IMG/VR virus record: IMGVR_UViG_3300045988_132541
Location: 1 to 21,675 of that record
Reading direction: 5' to 3' (one strand)
DNA: 21,675 nt
DNA from: a virus
Shown here: positions 1-7,791 of the stretch, one piece after another
How the letters are laid out: each line of letters begins with the position of its first letter
Position numbering within the stretch: the stretch's first letter is position 1
Translations under genes and position numbers: made by a program
Notes under the pieces: model-generated
Database searches by the model: none
Told to the model about the DNA's origin: nothing
The model's input: the letters and a program-made list of their open reading frames with translations, nothing else

Positions 1-3
1 ACG

Positions 4-37
4 GTCTCGTGGGCTCGGAGATGTGTATAAGAGACAG
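4..37. other. Illumina Nextera Read-2 transposase adapter (synthetic; includes the 19-nt Tn5 mosaic end). Library/assembly artefact, not biology
   Basis: Bases 4-37 read GTCTCGTGGGCTCGGAGATGTGTATAAGAGACAG, a 34/34 match to the Nextera Read 2 adapter as I know it. Genuine phage sequence starts at 38. Confidence 0.95.
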
Positions 38-47
38 GTGTTAAGTA

Positions 48-1787
48 GTGTATAATGGAAAGTATTTTTCAGAAGTACAGAAATATTGTGAAGATTGTAA
101 GAGTGGAAAAATCAAAGCCAATATTTATCGTATAAAAGCAATTGATAGATTTTATAGAGATTTGGAAGACGAAAGATATGAATTCAATCCAAAGGATGCA
201 GACTTCATTATTTCAATCATTCAAAAAACAATTTGCCACATGCAAGGCGAAACACAAGACGGAGAACCTTTACGAGGTACTCCTTTTATTTTGATGCCTT
301 TTCATAAATTTATCATTTACAACCTGTTTGGAATCTATCGAAAAGGAACGAAGATAAAAAAATATCATGAGGCTTTAATATTTATTCCTCGAAAAAATGT
401 TAAAACATCATTTTCCGCAGCATTAGCGTATGCGGTTGGATTACTTTATCGAAAATCCGGATCAAAGATTTATGTTGTGGCTGCAGCCTTAAAACAAACA
501 TTGGAGACATTCAATTTTCTTAAATATAACGTAAGAAACATGGGAGAATCGGATGAGGATGGTGGATTGTTTCATATTATCGACAACAACAACGAACATT
601 CTATAAAAGCAGAAATGTCTGACGGAATGTTTGAATTAAATGCGTTGGCCACAAATCCAGATGCGCAAGATTCATTTAACTGTAACTTTGCGATTGCAGA
701 TGAGGTTCACGCATTTAAAAAGCCAAAACAATACAATTTATTCAAAGAAGCTATGAAAGCTTACGCAAATAAATTGATTATTGGTATTTCAACTGCTGGA
801 GATGATCCAAACAGTTTCTTAGCACAAAGAGTTCGATATTGTAAAAAGATTTTAGATGGCGAAGTAGACGATGAGCAATACTTCGTTTTTATTTGTGAAG
901 CCGATCTAACGGAAAATGAGGAAGGCGCAAAGTTTTTGGATTACATGAATCCAGATGTTCAGGCAATGGCCAATCCTGGTATTGGTCAATCGGTTCGTGC
1001 CGAAGACTTAATGAATGATGCGATCCAGGCGCAGAACGATCCTCAACAAAGAAAAGATTTCTTCGCGAAATCATTGAATGTTTTTACAAATCAAATCGAC
1101 ACATATTTTGATATGAATGTCGTGAAGACATCCGATGCCAAGTATAATTGGACGATTGATGAATTGGCCAAACTTCCTATCAAATGGTATGGCGGTGCGG
1201 ATTTATCCAAACTGCACGATTTAACCGGAGTTTGTATTTATGGCCGATATAAAGGAGTGGATATTTGCATCAGTCATGCGTTTATTCCACGAAGTACGGC
1301 ATATCAGAAATCGGATGAAGATAACATCCCGGTATTCTGGTGGGAAGAAGAAGGATGGCTAACGTGTTGTAACTCGAATGTCATTGAATATGAAGATGTA
1401 ATTCAATGGTTCATAAAAGTTCGAGACAGAGGTTTTAGAATTCGATGGATCGGATACGACAGAAGGTATTCGCGTGAATTCATTTTAAAAATGAAAAAAG
1501 CCGGTTTTAAAATTCGTGATCAGAAACAATTGTACGTTGAAAAAACGGAAGCTTTTCGAGAAATCGAGAAAAAGTTCAACCTTCAAGAATTTTATTACGT
1601 GCATAATCTTGCGTATGAGTATTGCGTTGGGAATGTAAAAGCTACAGAAGACAGTGATGATTTTGTGCGTTTCCAAAAAGTAATGCCAAACCAACGTATA
1701 GATTTATTCGATTGTTCAGTTATCGCTTGTAAACAATTATTGATTGCAGAAGAAAAGAATTCGTCTGCTTCGATGTTTTTAGATTAG
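48..1787 (+). CDS. terL: Terminase large subunit (Terminase_1-like)
   Basis: 579-aa ORF with a GTG start directly after an in-frame TAA (42-44). It has a Walker A-like IPRKNVKTS and a Walker B-like FAIADEVH, and the size is typical. It sits immediately upstream of the portal. The upstream RBS cannot be judged because the adapter replaces it. Confidence 0.88.
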   Translation: MYNGKYFSEVQKYCEDCKSGKIKANIYRIKAIDRFYRDLEDERYEFNPKDADFIISIIQKTICHMQGETQDGEPLRGTPFILMPFHKFIIYNLFGIYRKGTKIKKYHEALIFIPRKNVKTSFSAALAYAVGLLYRKSGSKIYVVAAALKQTLETFNFLKYNVRNMGESDEDGGLFHIIDNNNEHSIKAEMSDGMFELNALATNPDAQDSFNCNFAIADEVHAFKKPKQYNLFKEAMKAYANKLIIGISTAGDDPNSFLAQRVRYCKKILDGEVDDEQYFVFICEADLTENEEGAKFLDYMNPDVQAMANPGIGQSVRAEDLMNDAIQAQNDPQQRKDFFAKSLNVFTNQIDTYFDMNVVKTSDAKYNWTIDELAKLPIKWYGGADLSKLHDLTGVCIYGRYKGVDICISHAFIPRSTAYQKSDEDNIPVFWWEEEGWLTCCNSNVIEYEDVIQWFIKVRDRGFRIRWIGYDRRYSREFILKMKKAGFKIRDQKQLYVEKTEAFREIEKKFNLQEFYYVHNLAYEYCVGNVKATEDSDDFVRFQKVMPNQRIDLFDCSVIACKQLLIAEEKNSSASMFLD

Positions 1788-1797
1788 GAGGCTTATT

Positions 1798-2994
1798 TTG
1801 TCAAGGAGAAACAAAAAGAAGAATATTAGACCGGATCCACAAAAAAGGTCGAATTATGCTGCGGTAATGCCAGTAAATTGGGAATCTGTATTGTCAGCCG
1901 GTTATACACCATTATCACAGAATCCTGAAATTATTAGCGCAGTTAATAAGATTGCCAATCTAATTGGAAGTATGACAATCCATTTAATGGAGAATTCTAA
2001 GAATGGCGATCAAAGAATTAGTAATGCACTATCAAATTTAGTGGATATTCATCCAAACAAATACATGACAAGAATGACATGGATGTCTTCTATTGTTCGT
2101 TCGTTGTTGTTGGAAGGTGATGGAAACTGTGTTTTGTATCCAAGAACAGTATCCGGTTTAATTGAAGGTATTTATCCGTTGAATCCTGGAAGTGTTTCAT
2201 TTGTTCCAAACGGCGATTTTGGATATTCCATTCTTTATAACGGAAAGGAATATTTTCCGGAAGATTTAATTCATATAGTAATTAATCCGGATCCAAACTA
2301 TCCATGGAAAGGCGTAGGTTATCGTAAATCCTTGCGAAGCGTAGCCGAAACATTAGATCAGGCGAACGTCACTAAGAAAGGATTCATGGAATCAAAATGG
2401 CAACCATCATTGATTGTTAAAGTTGATGGAATGGTTGATGAATTTTCTAACTCAGATGGAAGACAAAAACTGTTGGATAAATATATTAAATCAAATCAGA
2501 CAGGAGAGCCTTGGCTAATTCCTGCAGATGGATTTGATGTGGTTACGGTAAAACCGTTATCATTGAATGATTTGGCCATCAAAGATTCGGTAGAAATGGA
2601 CAAAAAGACAGTAGCTTCCATTTTAGATGTTCCGACATTCGTACTAGGTGCCGGAGAATTTAATAAAGAGGAATGGAACAACTGGATCAATACAAGAATT
2701 AAAGGAATTTGTGAGTGCATCCAACAGGCACTTACACGAAGTTTACTTATCAAGCCTGAATGGTATTTTAGGTTCAATTATAGGTCGCTTTATGCCTATG
2801 ACATACAAACACTCTCGACGGTGGGATGTGATTTGTATACACGAGGAATCGTGACAGGTAATGAAGTCAGAGATTCACTAGGATATTCTCCGATGGATGG
2901 ATTAGATGAATTGATCATACTTGAAAACTATATTCCACAAGGAATGATAGGAGACCAAAAGAAATTGGAAAAAGGTGGTGAGAATAATGGATAA
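1798..2994 (+). CDS. Portal protein, HK97 family
   Basis: 398-aa ORF with a TTG start 6 nt after AGGAGG (1786-1791). The N-terminal pattern QNPEIISAVNKIANLIG...HPNKYMT...LLLEGDGNCVLYP is typical of HK97-type portals. It lies between terL and the prohead protease. Confidence 0.88.
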   Translation: MSRRNKKKNIRPDPQKRSNYAAVMPVNWESVLSAGYTPLSQNPEIISAVNKIANLIGSMTIHLMENSKNGDQRISNALSNLVDIHPNKYMTRMTWMSSIVRSLLLEGDGNCVLYPRTVSGLIEGIYPLNPGSVSFVPNGDFGYSILYNGKEYFPEDLIHIVINPDPNYPWKGVGYRKSLRSVAETLDQANVTKKGFMESKWQPSLIVKVDGMVDEFSNSDGRQKLLDKYIKSNQTGEPWLIPADGFDVVTVKPLSLNDLAIKDSVEMDKKTVASILDVPTFVLGAGEFNKEEWNNWINTRIKGICECIQQALTRSLLIKPEWYFRFNYRSLYAYDIQTLSTVGCDLYTRGIVTGNEVRDSLGYSPMDGLDELIILENYIPQGMIGDQKKLEKGGENNG

Positions 2995-3553
2995 AAAATA
3001 TCAGATGAGAAGTTCTTTATCTAAATTCAAAACTAGAGATGCAGATGGGAAAAAGTATATCAGTGGATACTTCGCAGTATTCAATTCCAATTATCAGTTA
3101 TGGGATGGAGCTACTGAAAGTGTAGATCCACATGCTTTTGATGGAGCACTGGATAATGATATCCGTTGTTTGATTGACCATGATACACGTTTGGTTTTAG
3201 GGCGCACCAAATCAGGAACATTGACTTTAAAAGTTGATGACAAAGGTCTATGGGGCGAAGTTGAAATCAATGAATCAGACCAGGACGCGATGAATCTATA
3301 TGCTCGTGTGCAACGTGGCGATGTGGATCAATGTAGTTTTGGCTTTGAGATTACTTCAGAAGAATATTCAGAAAACGGAAATGGAGTTCATTGGACAATT
3401 AAATCCGTGAATCTGTATGAAGTATCTGTAGTTACTTTTCCTGCATACGAAGATACACAGGTATCCGCGCGTAAAAAGGAGTTTAACACAATTCGTTCTA
3501 GAAAATTAGAACAAAGAAAAAAAGAAATGCTGAAGAGATTGAAGGGAGAATAA
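2987..3553 (+). CDS. Prohead maturation protease, HK97 family (Peptidase S78/U35-like)
   Basis: It carries the motifs ISGYFAVFNS..., LIDHDTRLVLGRT and DQCSFGF. I prefer ATG 2987 (preceded by AAAGGTGGTGAGA, overlapping the portal stop at 2992-2994) over the track GTG at 2975. Confidence 0.88.
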   Translation: MDKKYQMRSSLSKFKTRDADGKKYISGYFAVFNSNYQLWDGATESVDPHAFDGALDNDIRCLIDHDTRLVLGRTKSGTLTLKVDDKGLWGEVEINESDQDAMNLYARVQRGDVDQCSFGFEITSEEYSENGNGVHWTIKSVNLYEVSVVTFPAYEDTQVSARKKEFNTIRSRKLEQRKKEMLKRLKGE

Positions 3554-3555
3554 GC

Positions 3556-5193
3556 ATGTTAAAAGTTTTAATGTTGCGTAAAAAATTAGATACGCAGAAA
3601 AAGAATCTTGAGAAATTAAGAAAAAAAGAATCTGACTTTGAAAAACGTACAAAAGAACTAGAAGTTGCGATTTCTGAATTGCGTGATGATTCAACAGAAG
3701 AAGAACAACAAGTTGTTGAAGACGAAGTAGCAAAATTAGAAGAAGAAAAACAAGAATACGAAGATGAAAAGAAAGAGTTGGAAGAGACAATAGCTGATAT
3801 CGAAAAAGAAATTGAAGAAGCAGAATCTCAACAACCAACAGATGAACCTAAGCAAGAAGAAAATAGAGGAGGACAACAGAAAATGACTGTAAGAAATAAA
3901 TTCTTCAATATGCCAATCGAAGAACGTGATCGTTTCTTCAAAGATGAGAATGTAGAAAAATTCCTATCAAACGTAAGGACATGCATTAAAGAGCATCGTG
4001 CAATTGAAAATGTTGGATTAACAATTCCACAAGTTATGTTGCCTTTAATTCGTCAAATAGTAGAAGAAAATTCTAAATTGATTTCAAAAGTTAATTTGCA
4101 AAGTGTAAGTGGAACATCTCGTCAAAATATCATGGGAGATATTCCAGAAGGTATTTGGACTGAAATGTGCGGATCATTGAATGAAATGGATTTGAAGTTC
4201 AACAACATTGAGATGGATGGATACGCAGTAGCCGGATTCTTCGCAGTATGCAATGCAGTATTGGAAGACAGCGATGAGGATTTAGCTACAGAAATCATTA
4301 ATGCAATCGGTAAGGCAATGGGTAAAGCGTTGGATAAAGCAGTTTTATTCGGTCATGGAGTTAAGATGCCACTTGGTATTGTTACTCGATTAGCCCAGGA
4401 AACACGTCCAAATGATTATTCTTCAACGGCTAGAGAATGGAAAGATTTACACACAACAAATATTTTAAAAGGAGGTGCTAACCTTACCGGAAAAGAATTG
4501 TTTAAGGATATTATCAAAAAATCAACATGTGTAATCAATGATTACTCATCTGCAGGATTAACATGGGTAATGAACGAAAAGACGCATAAATTATTAATGG
4601 CAGAGTCATTGGATGCAGATATGAATGGTGCTATTGTTGCCGGAATGAAGAATACAATGCCTATTGTGGGTGGTGAAATTGTTGAGCTTAACTTTATTGC
4701 AGATAACAATATTATCTTCGGACACTTTGATTTATACACATTAGGTGAACGTGCCGGAGCTAAGATTGATCAGTCAGAACACGTTAAGTTCTTAGACAAT
4801 CAGACAGTATTCCGTGGTGTAGCTCGCTATGACGGAAAGCCTGCAATTGATGAAGGATTCGGTGTAATGACAATCGATGGTAAAGCACCAGTAACATCAG
4901 CAACATTCCGTGCAGATGATGCGAATGATGCAACATTATCATCATTGACTCTTGGATCAGAAACATTATCATTCAATGCGAATACTTATGAATACGAAGT
5001 AAGCGCAACTGCAGCAAATGCCGTTGTTAATGCAGTTCCAACTCAGGATGGAGCATCAGTGACTATTATGTACGGTGGAAAGAAATACAATAATGGCCAG
5101 GGATTAACATTAGAAGGAACTAAGAATTTAGTTGTTACTGTGAAGAACGGAATGTCAAAACTTGTTTATACTGTAAAAGTTACAAAAGGGTAA
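3556..5193 (+). CDS. Major capsid protein, HK97 fold, with an N-terminal coiled-coil delta (scaffold) domain and an extra C-terminal cadherin-like beta-sandwich domain
   Basis: 545 aa. Residues 1-~108 are E/K-rich coiled coil. The core (about residues 110-445) has the capsid position directly after the protease. Residues ~458-544 (DATLSSLTLGSETLSFNANTYEYEV...LVVTVKNG..KLVYTVKVTK) match the cadherin-like beta-sandwich pattern. Confidence 0.88.
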   Translation: MLKVLMLRKKLDTQKKNLEKLRKKESDFEKRTKELEVAISELRDDSTEEEQQVVEDEVAKLEEEKQEYEDEKKELEETIADIEKEIEEAESQQPTDEPKQEENRGGQQKMTVRNKFFNMPIEERDRFFKDENVEKFLSNVRTCIKEHRAIENVGLTIPQVMLPLIRQIVEENSKLISKVNLQSVSGTSRQNIMGDIPEGIWTEMCGSLNEMDLKFNNIEMDGYAVAGFFAVCNAVLEDSDEDLATEIINAIGKAMGKALDKAVLFGHGVKMPLGIVTRLAQETRPNDYSSTAREWKDLHTTNILKGGANLTGKELFKDIIKKSTCVINDYSSAGLTWVMNEKTHKLLMAESLDADMNGAIVAGMKNTMPIVGGEIVELNFIADNNIIFGHFDLYTLGERAGAKIDQSEHVKFLDNQTVFRGVARYDGKPAIDEGFGVMTIDGKAPVTSATFRADDANDATLSSLTLGSETLSFNANTYEYEVSATAANAVVNAVPTQDGASVTIMYGGKKYNNGQGLTLEGTKNLVVTVKNGMSKLVYTVKVTKG

Positions 5194-5199
5194 TGAGCA

Positions 5200-5484
5200 A
5201 TGGATTTTGGAGAAGATACTGAACTAACTGTCCTTAAGCAGAATCTCCAAATGCCTCAAACAAATGCCAACGATGAATATTTAAAAGTGTTGTTGGAGCA
5301 AGCTGCTTCCCTTATGACAAGAGAAGGAATCGTCGATGATGATTCCTTTGATTATTATATGGCGAAGATTGACTACGCAGCATTCTTATTCAGAAAAAGA
5401 GCTAATAAAGATAGCCCACTAGCTATGCCTAGATCTCTTAGATATGAATTGAACAATATCCTGTGGTCACAAAAAGGAAGATAA
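5200..5484 (+). CDS. Head-tail connector/adaptor (gp6-like, SPP1 gp15-like)
   Basis: 94 aa, directly after the capsid gene. It shows the pattern LTVLKQNLQM....DEYLKVLLEQAASLMTREGI, typical of gp6-like connectors. Confidence 0.7.
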   Translation: MDFGEDTELTVLKQNLQMPQTNANDEYLKVLLEQAASLMTREGIVDDDSFDYYMAKIDYAAFLFRKRANKDSPLAMPRSLRYELNNILWSQKGR

Positions 5485-5825
5485 TGACATTTGATGATGG
5501 AATTCTGAAGATTTATGAGCGTGTATTAGTGCAGGACAAAGGTTTTATGCCTGTACCTAAATTACACCTTAAATCTTCTTATTATTTTTCTTATGAAGTA
5601 ATTGGTGTTACAAAGTTTTATGAAGCTAAAAAAGCACAGGATAGACTGGATGAATCTGTATCTATTTACAGAGATCGTTCAATTACATATAACGATATTG
5701 TTGTTTTGGAAGATGGTACACAGTATCAGATTTCACAGATTCAACATACATTTGATGATAATGGTATACAAATCACTAAGCTTACATTGATGCATTTAAA
5801 TGAAAAGTTTGAATTCGAAGCTTAA
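5484..5825 (+). CDS. Head closure / head-tail joining protein (SPP1 gp16-like)
   Basis: About 113 aa. ATG 5484 overlaps the upstream TAA (TAATG) and follows AAAAGGAAG. The track start at 5463 is a GTG inside the previous gene. Call rests on size, position and the ...YEAKKAQ....VSIYRDRSITYNDIVVLEDGTQYQISQI pattern. Confidence 0.6.
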   Translation: MTFDDGILKIYERVLVQDKGFMPVPKLHLKSSYYFSYEVIGVTKFYEAKKAQDRLDESVSIYRDRSITYNDIVVLEDGTQYQISQIQHTFDDNGIQITKLTLMHLNEKFEFEA

Positions 5826-6135
5826 AGAGTTTGCAGAATTACTGCAGTATACAAGCACTAATAAAATTTACCATTATGATGCAACAGGAGATAAAGGCGA
5901 TAGATATATAGTTTGGCAAGAAGAAGGAGAATCTGATTCTTTATTTTTGGACAATCAACATGATGAAATCATGTTAAAAGGTTCGTTGGATATTTATACA
6001 AAAGTCGAGTTCGATGATTTAGTGGATGATGTTATTGATTTGTTTAACGCCAACGGAGTTCCATTCAATATAATTAGTATTGAATACGAAACAAATTCGA
6101 GTTACATTCATTATTCATTCGATTGGGAGTATTGA
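5800..6135 (+). CDS. Neck/tail-joining protein, function uncertain (possibly tail-terminator-like)
   Basis: 111-aa ORF in the head-tail joining block. The pattern YIVWQEEGES...LKGSLDIYTK resembles tail-terminator/neck proteins, but its order relative to the gp10-like gene is atypical. Confidence 0.45.
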   Translation: MKSLNSKLKEFAELLQYTSTNKIYHYDATGDKGDRYIVWQEEGESDSLFLDNQHDEIMLKGSLDIYTKVEFDDLVDDVIDLFNANGVPFNIISIEYETNSSYIHYSFDWEY

Positions 6136-6605
6136 TGGCCGAAATTGAATTTAATGATTTTGATGAATATCTTGATAAACTGCAGAAACTTGAAAAAGAT
6201 GATGTAGTTCCAATCATGAAGATGTCACTGTATGAAGGTGCTGGAGTGGTTGTAGATGGTATTCGCAGCGAGATAAAATCATTACAGACATCCAATCATG
6301 CAAGTCAAGGTCCTATGGACTACGAGAAAAAAGCTCTTGAGAAAGGTCTTGGAATATCAGACATGGAGAGCAAGGGCGATGATATCAACGTCAAAGTTGG
6401 CTTTGCAGGATATTCAAGTCATAAAACAAAAAAGTATTCAAGAGGAGTTCCAATACCATTGATTGCTAGATCAATCTTGAGAGGAACTTCTTTTCGTCCT
6501 AAGAATGATTTTGTGGGTCGTGCAGTTCGAAAATACAGAAAAAAGAGTATTGAAGCAATGGACAGTAAAATGAATGAATTATTTAAAAAGGAGATGAACA
6601 AATAA
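6135..6605 (+). CDS. HK97 gp10-family tail-completion/neck protein
   Basis: ATG 6135 overlaps the upstream TGA (TGATG), with GGGAG upstream. The N-terminus MAEIEFNDFDEYLDKLQKLEKD and the ~157-aa size are typical of the HK97 gp10 family. It sits just before the major tail gene. Confidence 0.6.
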   Translation: MAEIEFNDFDEYLDKLQKLEKDDVVPIMKMSLYEGAGVVVDGIRSEIKSLQTSNHASQGPMDYEKKALEKGLGISDMESKGDDINVKVGFAGYSSHKTKKYSRGVPIPLIARSILRGTSFRPKNDFVGRAVRKYRKKSIEAMDSKMNELFKKEMNK

Positions 6606-7192
6606 TGGCAAAAAAAGGTTTATCAAAATTAATTATTGCGAAATATAGTCATTCAGACGGTGCTACGACTTATTCAGAAGGTAACATCCCTGAAAAGATG
6701 AGTGAGTATAGTCTTGATATTACGACTACTGACAATAATAATTTATATTTGGACAATGAAATTGCAGAATCAGAAGGTGGAGAATTCAAAGAAGGAACTT
6801 TGACTATTACCACTGGTGAATTGATGCCTGCTACATCTAAACTTTTATTGAGTATTAAAGAAAATAAAATTACAGTTAGCGAGGAATCTGTTACTGAATA
6901 TGTATTTGATGACAATACGAAGTCAATTGAAGTTGGATGTGGACTTATTGAGCTACATCAAAATAACAACGAAGAATTTTATCGCGCAATTTGGTTTAAT
7001 CGTGTTAAATTTAATATTCCAGGTGGTTCTGCGAAGACAAAAGAAGATACAGTCGATTGGCAGTTGCCTGAAATCACGGGATCCGTGATGCGTGATGCAG
7101 CAGGTGATCATGCATGGCAATGCTACGCAGATTTACCAGATGAAGCAAAAGCCGTTGCGTACTTGAAGAAAAAGGCAAATATTGTTGAATAA
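6605..7192 (+). CDS. Major tail protein (phi13-like family)
   Basis: 195 aa with a TAATG overlap to the previous gene. The N-terminus is MAKKGLSKLIIAKY...TYSEGNIPEKMSEYSLDITT...LYLDNEIAES. It lies immediately upstream of the chaperone/tape-measure pair. Confidence 0.75.
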   Translation: MAKKGLSKLIIAKYSHSDGATTYSEGNIPEKMSEYSLDITTTDNNNLYLDNEIAESEGGEFKEGTLTITTGELMPATSKLLLSIKENKITVSEESVTEYVFDDNTKSIEVGCGLIELHQNNNEEFYRAIWFNRVKFNIPGGSAKTKEDTVDWQLPEITGSVMRDAAGDHAWQCYADLPDEAKAVAYLKKKANIVE

Positions 7193-7200
7193 GGTGACTT

Positions 7201-7635
7201 ATGGACATGAATATTCAATTTATAGACATTGGAGAATATAGATATCCAATGTCTTTTTCTTTAGCTTGTGTTTCACAAATGGGAAACTTTGCGCAAGCTG
7301 CTAAAAAGATTGAAGAAGGTCAAGACGTGGCCGAAGCTGCAAACATGATGATCAGTATGCTTTATCTAATGATTGATTCAGGATGTGCGTTTATGAATAT
7401 CATGCGACAAAAGTATGATAGAGCACCAATTGGCGAAGATGGATTATTGGAGCCGATTCCAAAAGATACAATTGGGTACTTGATTCCTTCTGATCCAGAA
7501 GAATTGAAGGCAATTGTTGCAAAAATCAAGAAATGTATTTCCAAATCAAAAAAAAGAGAAATCCAGGCTAAGCCTTTAAAATCTTCAAAAAAAAAGAAGA
7601 AAAAAAGCTTCAAGGTGATTCAAGCAAATACTTAA
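7201..7635 (+). CDS. Tail assembly chaperone, short form (gpG-like)
   Basis: 144-aa ORF between the major tail and tape measure genes. It ends in a lysine run encoded by a poly-A slippery tract. Confidence 0.8.
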   Translation: MDMNIQFIDIGEYRYPMSFSLACVSQMGNFAQAAKKIEEGQDVAEAANMMISMLYLMIDSGCAFMNIMRQKYDRAPIGEDGLLEPIPKDTIGYLIPSDPEELKAIVAKIKKCISKSKKREIQAKPLKSSKKKKKKSFKVIQANT

Positions 7636-7787
7636 TGGTAAAAGCCTATAAGATTGGTATTCCATCCAATGAGTTTTTGGTAATGCCGTTAGGCTATTTA
7701 GCTGATCTAACGGATGCTTCGGTAATTCTTGATGGATATGCCGACGAATACATAGAGCCAGAATATATTAATGTAGATTTGAGGTGA
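7201..7787 (+). CDS. Tail assembly chaperone, long form made by -1 programmed frameshift (gpGT-like). Join about 7201..7596 / 7596..7787
   Basis: The -1 frame is open from 7572 to TGA at 7785-7787 and fills the otherwise unannotated 7636-7791 gap. The in-frame ATG at 7635 has no SD at usable distance. The G/GT arrangement is conserved in this position. Confidence 0.65.
7590..7596 (+). promoter_or_regulatory. -1 ribosomal frameshift slippery heptamer A_AAA_AAG
   Basis: In the 7201 frame the codons are ..tcA AAA AAA AAG.., so 7590-7596 is a canonical X_XXY_YYZ heptamer. A second A-run lies at 7600-7606. Confidence 0.6.
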
Positions 7788-7791
7788 TGAT

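Noticed and set aside
19-37. Tn5 mosaic end as evidence of a real Tn5-family transposon
   Set aside because: The 19-nt ME is preceded by GTCTCGTGGGCTCGG, the synthetic Nextera sequencing-primer portion. There is no transposase gene and no second inverted end.
889-1074. Minus-strand and alternate-frame track ORFs nested inside well-supported genes: 889-1074, 1485-1694, 2496-2777, 2648-2854, 3506-3838, 4542-4739, 4784-4972, 5602-5790, 6074-6295, 6419-6601, 6670-6915, 6900-7088, 7362-7613, 7865-8146, 8610-8846, 9534-9791, 10233-10454, 12072-12461, 12498-12680, 13131-13331, 13974-14198, 16031-16222, 16366-16590, 20025-20210, 20604-20789
   Set aside because: Each lies wholly within or antisense to a gene with clear family motifs and operon context. 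Their translations are low-complexity (L/F/I/S-rich, as expected from reading AT-rich or E/K-rich coding DNA in the wrong frame). None has a convincing SD.
3556-3880. Low-complexity GAA/AAA-rich DNA at the start of the capsid gene as a repeat element or a separate scaffold gene
   Set aside because: It is in frame and continuous with the capsid core with no stop. It encodes a coiled coil typical of the HK97-type delta domain. The internal start possibility is reported separately.
7635-7787. Independent 50-aa gene starting at ATG 7635
   Set aside because: The nearest SD-like sequence (AAGGTGA, 7612-7618) lies 16 nt upstream. The frame is open upstream back to the slippery site, and the position matches the conserved chaperone frameshift extension.
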